Source: Pachysolen tannophilus NRRL Y-2460 | Lineage: Eukaryota | Direction: 5' to 3' | NCBI GenBank assembly: GCA_001661245.1 | Contig: KV454013.1 | Coordinates: 1,396,502-1,460,501, forward strand | Length of the DNA stretch: 64,000 nucleotides | Shown: positions 43,026-52,657 of the stretch, piece after piece | Layout: every line of letters starts with the position of its first letter | Position numbering within the stretch: position 1 is the stretch's first letter | Notes under the pieces: model-generated | Database searches by the model: none | Told to the model about the DNA's origin: nothing | What the model saw: the letters and a program-made list of their open reading frames with translations, nothing else | Position numbers and translations under genes: made by a program

Positions 43026-46000
43026 ATGAGTGATGAGAATGTGCTTGATAGTTATGAGTTTGAAGATGGGTTTAAACAACACCAACAGCAGAAGCAGAAG
43101 CTGCAAGGTGTTGGTGTTGGTGTTGGTTTTGGAAGTGGCCATGGATATGTTCAAGGGTCAAATTTACAAGAGGGAGAAGGAGTAATAGAAGGAGAAGATC
43201 AAGGAGAAGATCAAAGATGGGATATGGATAAAACAATGACAGAGATGGATGATGATTTGAAGTTGGATTATTCGATATTGCCGTTTCCTTTGGTTGAATT
43301 TTTACAGGATGAACGATCAAGGGTTAAATTCCCTCTGATACTGTTATTAACAAATACAAGGTTAAGTCAATTAAGGTTAAGAGCTTTTAAAATGTATCAA
43401 ATCAAATATTATGAAATAAATTATAAAGGATATCTTCATTATCTTTGTTCTATAAATGATTTAGATACAACAATTATTCGACATTTTTATATGTCTTTTT
43501 TCAAATGGTCACCAAGTTTAGTTACATCATTAAGATCACTTTGTAAACATTTATTTTTTAAAGGAGAATCTCAAGATATTAATGTTATATTAGAATCATT
43601 TTCTGATTATTGGTATGATTATTTTAAAAATGATGAAACAATTTTATTTGGAAATAATAATGTTGGTGCTTATTTAATAAGTTATTCTTTAATTATATTA
43701 AATACAGATTTACATAGTTTTGGTGGAGATCCAAAAATTAAAAAAATAACTAAAAATGAATTTGTTAAAAATAATTTACAAGCTTTAAGTTCTAATGGTA
43801 TTAAAGTTAATTCTTTAAGACTTGAACATGAATTGAAAAATTATTATGATGATATCTTATACAATGAATTAAAACTTTATAATTTAAATCTTAAAAGAAA
43901 TTATAATATTAAACAACCAACAAGATCATCATTATTATTAAAACGATCATCAGCAATACTTCAAAAAAATCCTTCCAAGAAGCCATCATCTCCAAAGACT
44001 CCAACACCACCTGCTAGTAGTGCTAGTAGTACAAGAATAGGAAGTAATTCATCCAATTTTTCTACAAATACTTCAAGATCTGTGGGTTTTACCAATGCTT
44101 TACAAAATGATAGAAATTATAATCAGCAATTACTATACAATAGTTATAATCATGCCCATAATCATAGTCATAACCATAGCCATAGTCATAGCAATAGCAA
44201 TAGCCATAGTCGTACCCATAGTCATAGTCAAAGTCATAGTCATAGTCATAACCTGAGTGTGAGCCTGAGTGTAACTCTGAGTATAAGCCTGAGTCAAACT
44301 CTGAGTCAAACTCTGAGCCAAAACCATGGTATTGGTCACTCTAGAAAAATTAGTTCAAAAGATAGTGTAAGTTCCATTCATACTCAAAATAATATTCCAA
44401 CAACTAGAGGTAGTTCTTCAATTGGAACTTCTCCTTCTGAAAATGATAATTCTGCAAATACAGCTGATACAAGTATTGCAACCACGGTACCTTTAAATGA
44501 AAATCATCATTCAAATCATCATTATGGTAAAGAACATGATGAAATGGAAGAAGAAGAAGAAGAAGAAGAACTACATGAGAATGCACAAGAACGAGAACAA
44601 GAAATCGAAGTTGATGATAATGATACTGATGATATGGATGTTGATGATGAAGATGATGATGATGTAGAACAACAACATCAGCAAGAAGTTGAAAGGTTTT
44701 ATTGCCCAGGTGAAGAAGAAGGTGATTTGGAATTGGAATTGGAAGGTCCACCTTGGGTTAAAGAAGGTTTATTGAACGTCATCTTGGTTGATCTCGAACC
44801 AGAACCTCAAAACTCTTATCAAGCTACAACTAATGGTAACAACAATAATAGTAGTAGTAGTATTAGTAGTAATTCAAATGGGTTATTTGGAATGTTTAAA
44901 AGTAATAAGGCGAAACCTGTTGATAATTTTATTTTTAAAAACAAATGGAAAAATGCTTTTGTTGTTGTTTCTAAGGGAGAATTATCAATTTTTTCATTTG
45001 ATAAGAAAAAAAATTCTAAAAATAAGGTATCTTCTTCATATAATTTAAAAAATGATGATAACCGTGTTGTTGGTGCTGGAAATTGGTATGATACTGCTGA
45101 ATTTTTAGGTTCTTTTAATTTGTCTTCGTGTTTAGCCGAAGAATTCACAGATCCTCAATTAAGATCATTTTTGATCAAATACCATGATCCTAAAAGAAAT
45201 TTGAATAAAGAATCAGGACTTAGTCATGGATCATATTGGTGTTTAAGATTACCAACTTCTGAAGAACAAGCTGATGAGGAAGAAGAAGAAGAACAAAGTT
45301 TACAAAATGTTTATTATAATAAAAAATTAATTTTTCAAGCTGGTACTGTTGAAATAACAAGAGAATTCATAGACAGTTGTAATTTTTGGAGTTCAAGAAC
45401 AACTTTTTTCAAACATATAGATGAATATGAACCACTTTCTTCGATGGAATATGGATGGTCTAAAAATTTCATTAGTTATTTGAGTTCAAGTACTGTTAAA
45501 CAAGATGGTGAATTGATTAAACAATTAAGCAATGCCAAGATTTTTAAATGGACATCTTTTGCTACTACTTTAGTATACCAAAAAAATGATTTGAAAATGA
45601 ATGATCAATTTAATAGATTATTTACAATTGTTGAATCATTACAATATAAATTGAGTGAACATAAAAATTTAAAACCAATTTTGGTAGTTTTAGGAAACAC
45701 AATCAGATTCATTCAGGAATCATTTAATAACCAACATAATGCTAGTGGTAACAGTTTCTTGAAAAGATTTAGAGGAGGAAGTTCTTCATCCTGGTCATCA
45801 TCATCTTCATCATCTTCATCGGGAACTAATCAAGAAAATGTTGCTAAAATGGTTTCAAATTATAAATTGATTATTCTAAATTGGAACAATAGATTAATTT
45901 TCTTACAAAAAGAATTACGTAGGCATAAGATGTATTTAGCAATCTTGAAAAAAGCCATTGAATTAAGAATTGAAAAATTCAAAAATAAAAGAATTGATAA

Positions 46001-46184
46001 TCAAATTCCTGTTAAGAAGACAGAAAAAGAATTAAATGAAGATATGACCAATTTGAACGTCAATGAACTACAAGAAGAACGAGATGAAGAAGTATTAGAA
46101 AATACCAAAAGGACTAAAAACGGGTTGAAACTTAATCCCAAGATAATTTTAGTAGGTGACCCAACTTACGTTGCAGCTAATTGA
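43026..46184 (+). CDS. YEL1: Sec7-domain plus PH-domain Arf GEF (Yel1/EFA6-like)
   Basis: LFFKGESQDINVILESFS, YSLIILNTDLH, LELEGPPWVKEGLL, WKNAFVVVSKGEL, SSMEYGW. Confidence 0.8.
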   Translation: MSDENVLDSYEFEDGFKQHQQQKQKLQGVGVGVGFGSGHGYVQGSNLQEGEGVIEGEDQGEDQRWDMDKTMTEMDDDLKLDYSILPFPLVEFLQDERSRVKFPLILLLTNTRLSQLRLRAFKMYQIKYYEINYKGYLHYLCSINDLDTTIIRHFYMSFFKWSPSLVTSLRSLCKHLFFKGESQDINVILESFSDYWYDYFKNDETILFGNNNVGAYLISYSLIILNTDLHSFGGDPKIKKITKNEFVKNNLQALSSNGIKVNSLRLEHELKNYYDDILYNELKLYNLNLKRNYNIKQPTRSSLLLKRSSAILQKNPSKKPSSPKTPTPPASSASSTRIGSNSSNFSTNTSRSVGFTNALQNDRNYNQQLLYNSYNHAHNHSHNHSHSHSNSNSHSRTHSHSQSHSHSHNLSVSLSVTLSISLSQTLSQTLSQNHGIGHSRKISSKDSVSSIHTQNNIPTTRGSSSIGTSPSENDNSANTADTSIATTVPLNENHHSNHHYGKEHDEMEEEEEEEELHENAQEREQEIEVDDNDTDDMDVDDEDDDDVEQQHQQEVERFYCPGEEEGDLELELEGPPWVKEGLLNVILVDLEPEPQNSYQATTNGNNNNSSSSISSNSNGLFGMFKSNKAKPVDNFIFKNKWKNAFVVVSKGELSIFSFDKKKNSKNKVSSSYNLKNDDNRVVGAGNWYDTAEFLGSFNLSSCLAEEFTDPQLRSFLIKYHDPKRNLNKESGLSHGSYWCLRLPTSEEQADEEEEEEQSLQNVYYNKKLIFQAGTVEITREFIDSCNFWSSRTTFFKHIDEYEPLSSMEYGWSKNFISYLSSSTVKQDGELIKQLSNAKIFKWTSFATTLVYQKNDLKMNDQFNRLFTIVESLQYKLSEHKNLKPILVVLGNTIRFIQESFNNQHNASGNSFLKRFRGGSSSSWSSSSSSSSSGTNQENVAKMVSNYKLIILNWNNRLIFLQKELRRHKMYLAILKKAIELRIEKFKNKRIDNQIPVKKTEKELNEDMTNLNVNELQEERDEEVLENTKRTKNGLKLNPKIILVGDPTYVAAN

Positions 46185-47148
46185 GATAGAAGTTGATAGA
46201 AATTCTTTAATATCTCAATTTTTTTTTTTTTTTTTTATTTTTTATTTTTTATTTTATTTTATAATTTTATGCTCCCATGTAGTAGAGTTCACTTTTTTTT
46301 TTTAGATTTCGACTCCGCTGTACATTTTTTTTTCACATTTGATTATATTGGTTGTGTTTGCGTCGGCCGACAACTGTTGATCTCTTTGATCTTTCCACTC
46401 TTTTATTAGCTTCAATATTTCTTCCCTGATATTTTCTTTTCCTATTTTCCTATTTTCCTATTTTTTTATTTTACTATTTTACTATTTTCATTTTTATTTT
46501 ATTTTATTTATTTTTTTTTCCCTTTAGTATTAACTTGATTTTTTTTTCTTTTTGCTTTATACCACATGAGTGAGTTTAACGTTGAATATATTTTGCCTGT
46601 TGGTCCATTCTCCATTAAATACACCACCAACTTCAGTCTGTTGGTTACCTCCCTAAATATATGTAGCCTTATGGAGATTTCCTCTTTTGGACATTCTGGC
46701 CTCAGGCACGACCATGTTTATGTCTCATGCAAATGTTTACCTAAAGAGGAAAAAATTATGCAGAAGGTTCTTTGTTGATATAGATCAAGAACCAAAGGGA
46801 AATGACTACTGTTATTGGTGGCATGAGCAATAGCTAGTCAAACTTTGCTTTAGCGCCAAATTAAAAGAAAGACAAAAGAGTCGTTGCAGAACAAAACATC
46901 GAACCATTTTTTTAGGAATGAAGTAGTTATATAATATTTGAAAAAATAGTAAAGAGATTGGGAAATTTTCCAAGATAACGAAAAATTTCCATATTAGGGA
47001 GATATGAACGAGATGCATTATCAGTGAGTAAATTCCAAGCCGTAATATCTATATACATATACATATATATATCAGTTTTACTCTCTGGTTGTTTTGTATT
47101 TAAATTTATTCTCCTTTATTAATGATCATTATTGTTCACTTTTAAAAT

Positions 47149-48516
47149 ATGACGATGATTTTGGGAATTGAAGACAAGTATATTTTTTTGGTTAGTGGTT
47201 TAATAGTGTCATTGTTGCTTTCATATAAGCAACTTTTTATCTTATATAATAAATATAAGAAGACTACTTCAGCTAAGGCTAGTACCAAGAGTTCTGGTAA
47301 GAAAAGTTATTCGAGTTCTAAAGATGATCCTATTCCGCAGCCAACACCTTTAATGATAACTCCTGAACAAGTTGCTAATTATGATGATAGACCATGGAGA
47401 CCTTTTAGATGGCCTTATCATCAAACCATGAGTATTTTCAAATTAGATGTTAATCATTGGTTAGACATGGATAAGTATTATGTTCACTATATTGAAGAGA
47501 AAAAAAGAATCATACATAGATATGGAGATGAGAATATTGGTTGGTTACCTGGAAGTGAGGATGCATGTTTGGAGTTGATGCAATTTGTTAAAGATCATAT
47601 GTTGAAAAGATATCCATTATTATTTAGTTCGGAAGATAATGGTATTCATGTTAAAAATCATTTAACAGGAGAAATTTTGGATTTTTCCGAACCTTTAAAA
47701 GAACCACCTTTAATTTACGTTTCCAAGATGGCAAAAGAGGATTTCTATCTTGTAAAGAAAAATCCAGAAGATGATAGACATTATTTAGTAGCAGCAGTGG
47801 TTCCCTTCCCTGGTGGATCTTTTGGTATTAAACATAAATTGGGTAAACATTTGGATGTTATTCACAGCGAAGTACCATATTATGAATCAAAATTGAAAAA
47901 ATCGATGGAAAGATGGTTTGAAAGAATGGCACCTGCTGATCTAGTAGAAAGAGCTTCATGGTATATTTCATGGGATCATAAATTGTTATGTAACAATGTC
48001 TATGCTTTAAAAGAAGGTGAAAAAGTTGATAGCGATGTTGCTCCTGATCAATTCAATGTTAGAGTGGAAAGACAAACTTTAAGGAGATTACCTAAATCAC
48101 AGGCAATTATTTTCACAAACCATCCAGTTTTTTATTCAATTGATGAAATGAAAGATGAACCTTTAATTCCAAGTTTGATTAAAAAAATCATATATGAAGC
48201 ACCAGAAGGTATTAGCAAGTATAAGAATTTTGAGAGTTTTAGGGATCATATTGTAAAATATTTGGATGGCTTGATTGAAAGACAGATTGAACTTGGTTTA
48301 ATTAAAGAAGATACTCCAATAAAGACCTTACCAAGTTATCCCTTTGCTCATTTTGTTGATAATAAAGACGTAAATTATGGTTGGACGAATCCAACAGTAA
48401 AAGACCCAGAAAAGAATAATTATATTGACGTAGCAAAAGAAGAAATTAGACAAGATGAACTTCGAGAGGAAATGTCGAAGAAGACAAAAAGTGCCGAAAT
48501 ATCTGAACAAGTTTAA
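47149..48516 (+). CDS. DUF3445 (HRQ-family, heme-dependent N-demethylase alpha-like) protein with N-terminal TM helix
   Basis: RPWRPFRWPYHQTM, IHSEVPYY, RVERQTLRRLPKSQAIIFT. Confidence 0.75.
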   Translation: MTMILGIEDKYIFLVSGLIVSLLLSYKQLFILYNKYKKTTSAKASTKSSGKKSYSSSKDDPIPQPTPLMITPEQVANYDDRPWRPFRWPYHQTMSIFKLDVNHWLDMDKYYVHYIEEKKRIIHRYGDENIGWLPGSEDACLELMQFVKDHMLKRYPLLFSSEDNGIHVKNHLTGEILDFSEPLKEPPLIYVSKMAKEDFYLVKKNPEDDRHYLVAAVVPFPGGSFGIKHKLGKHLDVIHSEVPYYESKLKKSMERWFERMAPADLVERASWYISWDHKLLCNNVYALKEGEKVDSDVAPDQFNVRVERQTLRRLPKSQAIIFTNHPVFYSIDEMKDEPLIPSLIKKIIYEAPEGISKYKNFESFRDHIVKYLDGLIERQIELGLIKEDTPIKTLPSYPFAHFVDNKDVNYGWTNPTVKDPEKNNYIDVAKEEIRQDELREEMSKKTKSAEISEQV

Positions 48517-48703
48517 TGTGATGTTGACTAGATATATATATATATATATACTTATATTAATTTTTTTTAATAAAGAAAAGAAAAAAAAAAGAGAGAAAGA
48601 AAGAATTAAACTATATTATCATTATTTATTTTTATGTTAGTTATATGCTAATATCAGTTGTAATATTTTATTCATAATATAATACATTTATTAAAATTTA
48701 AAA

Positions 48704-50368
48704 CTATATAGTTGATAAATTTAAAATTTTGTTTAAATAAATCACATCTTCAACTGCTTTTGCCAATTGATTTTTATTAATATTTGGATATATTTTTTTG
48801 TTATTATTATCAAATTTTTTCTTATTATTTGAAGTACCACCAATTATATTTACAAAACCAAAACTTTCAAGACTACTTATAACTTCTATGAATTCTGTTT
48901 TTTTCAAATGACCAATTAATTTGTCTAAACTTACTTTTGTCTTATAATATTGATAAAATTCATTAATTGATCTATCCTTTATTTGAAATTGCTCTTCTTC
49001 AAATCTTATTAATGAGCATAAAGTTGTCTTTTGTTGTAAATTTAAAATTTTTAATTTATTTATTAATAAAATATCATTACAATTACCACTGTTATTATTT
49101 CCAAATAATGAACTACAAACTTTTGCAATAATGGCAATTGAAACTTTTGGTGCTTCAAATATTGTTAATTTTTCAAAATCTTGTTTTGATAATTTTGATC
49201 TTGTCATATCTTCAACCATTTCTAATGATTTATGACAAATATCAAATGCTTTTCTTAAATCTCCTGTATTAACAGCAACTTTTTTAGAACATAATTGTAT
49301 AGCAGCTGGATGAATTAAGGGTATTTCCAGTTTTAATAAATCATCATTTTTGGGTAATTGTAAAAATAAAGATTGTAATTTAAAAATTATAATTTGTTTA
49401 ATTTGTTCTGAATTATATGGTAAAAATTGTAAAATTTTTGGATTAACATTATTTGTTTTCAATCTTGGTAAAAATCTATCAGTTAAATCTAATGCATTTG
49501 AAATTCCAATTAATATTAATTTTGTATTTTTATTTTTAGCATATGAAAATAAATCAAATAAAATTGTTTGATTTTTAGTTATTAAATTATCTAATTCATC
49601 TAATATTACTATTGAAATATCAGCTATTTTATCATCTTTTAAAAAAATTGATAAATCTTTTGAATTATATTTTTCATTTTTATAACAATAATTTTTGTTT
49701 AAAATTTTTTTCAAAATTTCATCATATATATTTTCAGGATTATTTATTATCATACAATTAATATTAACAAATGCCACACGGCGTTGAATAAAAGTTTTTC
49801 TTATCTTATCATAAAGTTTCAAATCTTTAATACAAGTATCTTCATCCTTATTCTTCATATAACTTTGTAAGATGGAATTGACTTGAGCAGTTTTACCTGT
49901 TCCAGGTGGACCAGATATATATAAAGAATTTGAAGTTAAATTTATAATATTCGATTCAATAAATTCTTTTAATCCATTTGCTTCTATTTCTCTTGAAGGT
50001 AATATACAATCATCTGCAGATAAGTTCAATTTTGAACCTCTTTGAAATAAAGATTTTGCTTCTGTATAAATTGAAAGTGTTGATAATGATTCATTATTAA
50101 AAAATTTCACTCCATTTTTTTTAATAGGTGTCGTTGGTGGTGATAAAAAATTTAAATTTTTCTTTGATGATTCTATTGATTTTAAATCCCCATTTTTAAG
50201 TAAAACAACTCTGTTCTTCTCAGGTGTTGTTGGTGGAGTTGCAAAAGAATTGATGAGAATGTTATCCCTATTTGAAAATTTGGAACTATCTTGTAATACA
50301 TTGTTTAATTTTGTTCTTTTACAAGGACTATCCAAATTACTTGATGATCTTTTATTTCTAATTGTCAT
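48704..50368 (-). CDS. CDC6: Replication initiator Cdc6
   Basis: N-terminal CDK sites (TPEK, TPIK), SLYISGPPGTGKT, VILDELD, IGISNALDLTDRFLPRL, TGDLRKAFDIC. Confidence 0.95.
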   Translation of the reverse strand: MTIRNKRSSSNLDSPCKRTKLNNVLQDSSKFSNRDNILINSFATPPTTPEKNRVVLLKNGDLKSIESSKKNLNFLSPPTTPIKKNGVKFFNNESLSTLSIYTEAKSLFQRGSKLNLSADDCILPSREIEANGLKEFIESNIINLTSNSLYISGPPGTGKTAQVNSILQSYMKNKDEDTCIKDLKLYDKIRKTFIQRRVAFVNINCMIINNPENIYDEILKKILNKNYCYKNEKYNSKDLSIFLKDDKIADISIVILDELDNLITKNQTILFDLFSYAKNKNTKLILIGISNALDLTDRFLPRLKTNNVNPKILQFLPYNSEQIKQIIIFKLQSLFLQLPKNDDLLKLEIPLIHPAAIQLCSKKVAVNTGDLRKAFDICHKSLEMVEDMTRSKLSKQDFEKLTIFEAPKVSIAIIAKVCSSLFGNNNSGNCNDILLINKLKILNLQQKTTLCSLIRFEEEQFQIKDRSINEFYQYYKTKVSLDKLIGHLKKTEFIEVISSLESFGFVNIIGGTSNNKKKFDNNNKKIYPNINKNQLAKAVEDVIYLNKILNLSTI

Positions 50369-50484
50369 ATTTTATAATATCTTGAAATCAATCACAAATA
50401 AATAAATAAATAAAATAACTAAAATAACTTGAAAACTTTATCATCCAAATAAATCAAACAACAATATCATATCCTTATATATAT

Positions 50485-50520
<36 letters not shown>

Positions 50521-50639
50521 CTATATACTTAATTGAAAATTATATAAAATGGTGTTTTATAAATGCACCAAACTACGCTTTAAGGTTTAATACCGTACTT
50601 TTCAATATGTATGTAATTTTGTTAAATATAAAAGCGACG

Positions 50640-50699
50640 ACGCGTCAAGAAACTGAAAATTTTTGTGAAAAATTATTTCCTGATTAGGAAGTAACGCGT
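50640..50699. promoter_or_regulatory. MCB-ECB(Mcm1)-MCB module upstream of CDC6
   Basis: ACGCGT at 50640-50645 and 50694-50699 flanking TTTCCTGATTAGGAAG at 50676-50691. Confidence 0.7.
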
Positions 50700-51108
50700 G
50701 TGTTAAACCTAAAAGCGCTTTAAATGCGTACACATTATTTAGCACTGAATGGTAACAATTGTGCGTACGCTAAAAGCATAAGAAAGTGCGCATGGATCAT
50801 TGCACCAATAACACCGCCTTTGGTTTGTGTAAAAGCTGTGCGCATTAAGGTATAATTTTAGCTGTGCAAACAATACGCAAGTGCGGTACGCATAGCAATC
50901 GCAATTACATTTTTAAACGCGAAGGTCGTGCTCAAAATATCAAAAAATAACCAAAAAGAAAAAAAAAAAGAGTTTGTTGGAAGGCGACTTAAAATATAGG
51001 ACAAGTTCTAATGATTTAAATCTACTGTTGATATACATTTATATCTGTATCAATCAATTATAGATAGATAGATAGATAGATAGATAGCAATTGGAGTGGT
51101 TAGAGACA

Positions 51109-51829
51109 ATGTCAGATCCAAGTTCGATTAATGGTATGTTTTAAGAGAATGATTAATAATATTGTTTGAACTAATGTAAATTGGGGTTTTACTAACTTAA
51201 TTTTTTTTTTTGCCTTTGTTTTTGCTATTTATTGATTGATTAAAGGTGGTTCTGCTGTTGCAATGATGGGGAAAGATTGCGTTGCAATTGCCTGTGATTT
51301 AAGATTAGGAAGCCAGTCATTGGGGCTTGCTAATAATTTTGAAAAAATCTTTAATTTTGGCCATGTTTTCTTGGGTTTAGCAGGTCTTGCCACTGATGTT
51401 ACAACTTTATCTGAAATATTTAGAATGAAAACAAATTTATACAAAATGAAAGAAGAAAGATTAATAGAGCCTGAATCGTTTGCAAATTTAGTTTCTTCTA
51501 CTTTGTATGAAAGAAGATTTGGTCCATATTTTGTAAGTCCAATAGTTGCAGGAATTAATTCAAAAACTGATAAACCTTTTATTTGTGGATTTGATTTAAT
51601 TGGATGTATTGATTATGCAAAAGATTTTATAGTTGCTGGTACTTCATCAGATCAACTTTTTGGTATGTGTGAATCATTATATGAACCAAATTTAGAACCT
51701 GAAGATTTATTTGAAACAATTTCACAAGCTTTATTAAGTGCTACTGATAGAGATGCTTTATCTGGTTGGGGTGCTGTGGTTTATATTATAACAAAGGATA
51801 AAGTCTTGTTTTTAATTTATTTTTTTTAA
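51109..51829 (+). CDS. PUP3: 20S proteasome beta-3 subunit; exons 51109-51133 and 51246-51829
   Basis: Exon 1 MSDPSSIN(G); intron 51134-51245 GTATGT...TACTAAC (51190)...AAG; exon 2 GGSAVAMMGKDCVAIACDLRLG...DRDALSGWGAVVY. Confidence 0.93.
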
Positions 51830-52061
51830 TTTTGTAATATAATATAAATTAAATAAATCTTCATTTAAAATTATTTTGTATTTATTTATTTATTTATTTT
51901 ATAAAAGCGGTTAAATAACAAAGGTCAAAAAGAGCCAAAAAAAAAAAAGAAAAGAAAAAAAGAAATCAAAAATTTTATAACAAAACTAATAGAAAAATCA
52001 TCTATTGGAAAGATTTGAATAAAGAAAAGAGGTCCAAGAGAAGGTTAGGAAAAGAATAGAA

Positions 52062-52457
52062 ATGCATCCACATCTTGATCCAGAGAGGTTTAGTCGTAAG
52101 TATGGATTTTTGTGTTTCAAGAGATATAAAGTATTAAATATGAAATAATGCTAACTGAAAGAAAACAAACATTTGATATAATTTATAGCTTGTGAAAAAC
52201 TTATTGATGCTTTAGAAGAGTGTCATAGAACACAGCATATTTCAAAATTATTTGGGTTTTGTAATGAACCGAAGCAAGCGTTATCTGATTGTCTTCATGA
52301 AGTTAGGTTGGAGCTGGCAAGACAAAAAATTTTAGAAACAAGAGAAAAGAGAAAAAATTTTGAAGATAAAATGCAAAAATTAAAAGAAGAAGAGTATGGT
52401 AAAGATTTAAAATTAAAGAAAATTTTTGAAAAAGAGTATGAGTTGAATAAGAAATAG
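52062..52457 (+). CDS. CMC2: Twin CX9C mitochondrial COX assembly protein Cmc2; exons 52062-52095 and 52189-52457
   Basis: Intron 52096-52188 GTAAGT...TGCTAAC...TAG. The spliced product is MHPHLDPERFSPCEKLIDALEECHRTQHISKLFGFCNEPKQALSDCLHE..., with two CX9C motifs. Not in the ORF track. Confidence 0.92.
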
Positions 52458-52657
52458 GTTTTTCAGGAAAAAAAAAAAAAAGAAATTGATTTCTTTATTA
52501 CTTGTATATATATATATTAATTAAATTTAAATTTATCTTTTTCTTTTTTTAATCTTGACGAGATTTTAAATATTTTTTGATTTGGGAATAATAGTTGGAA
52601 AAATTGATTGTTTTAATCTCTTATCTATTGTTTGTGATTTGTGATTTGTAATTTGTG

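Noticed and set aside
15753..50368. EXO5, ORC4, RAD51 and CDC6 as a functional DNA-metabolism cluster
   Set aside because: They are interspersed with unrelated genes over 35 kb; nothing beyond chance and ancestral gene order.
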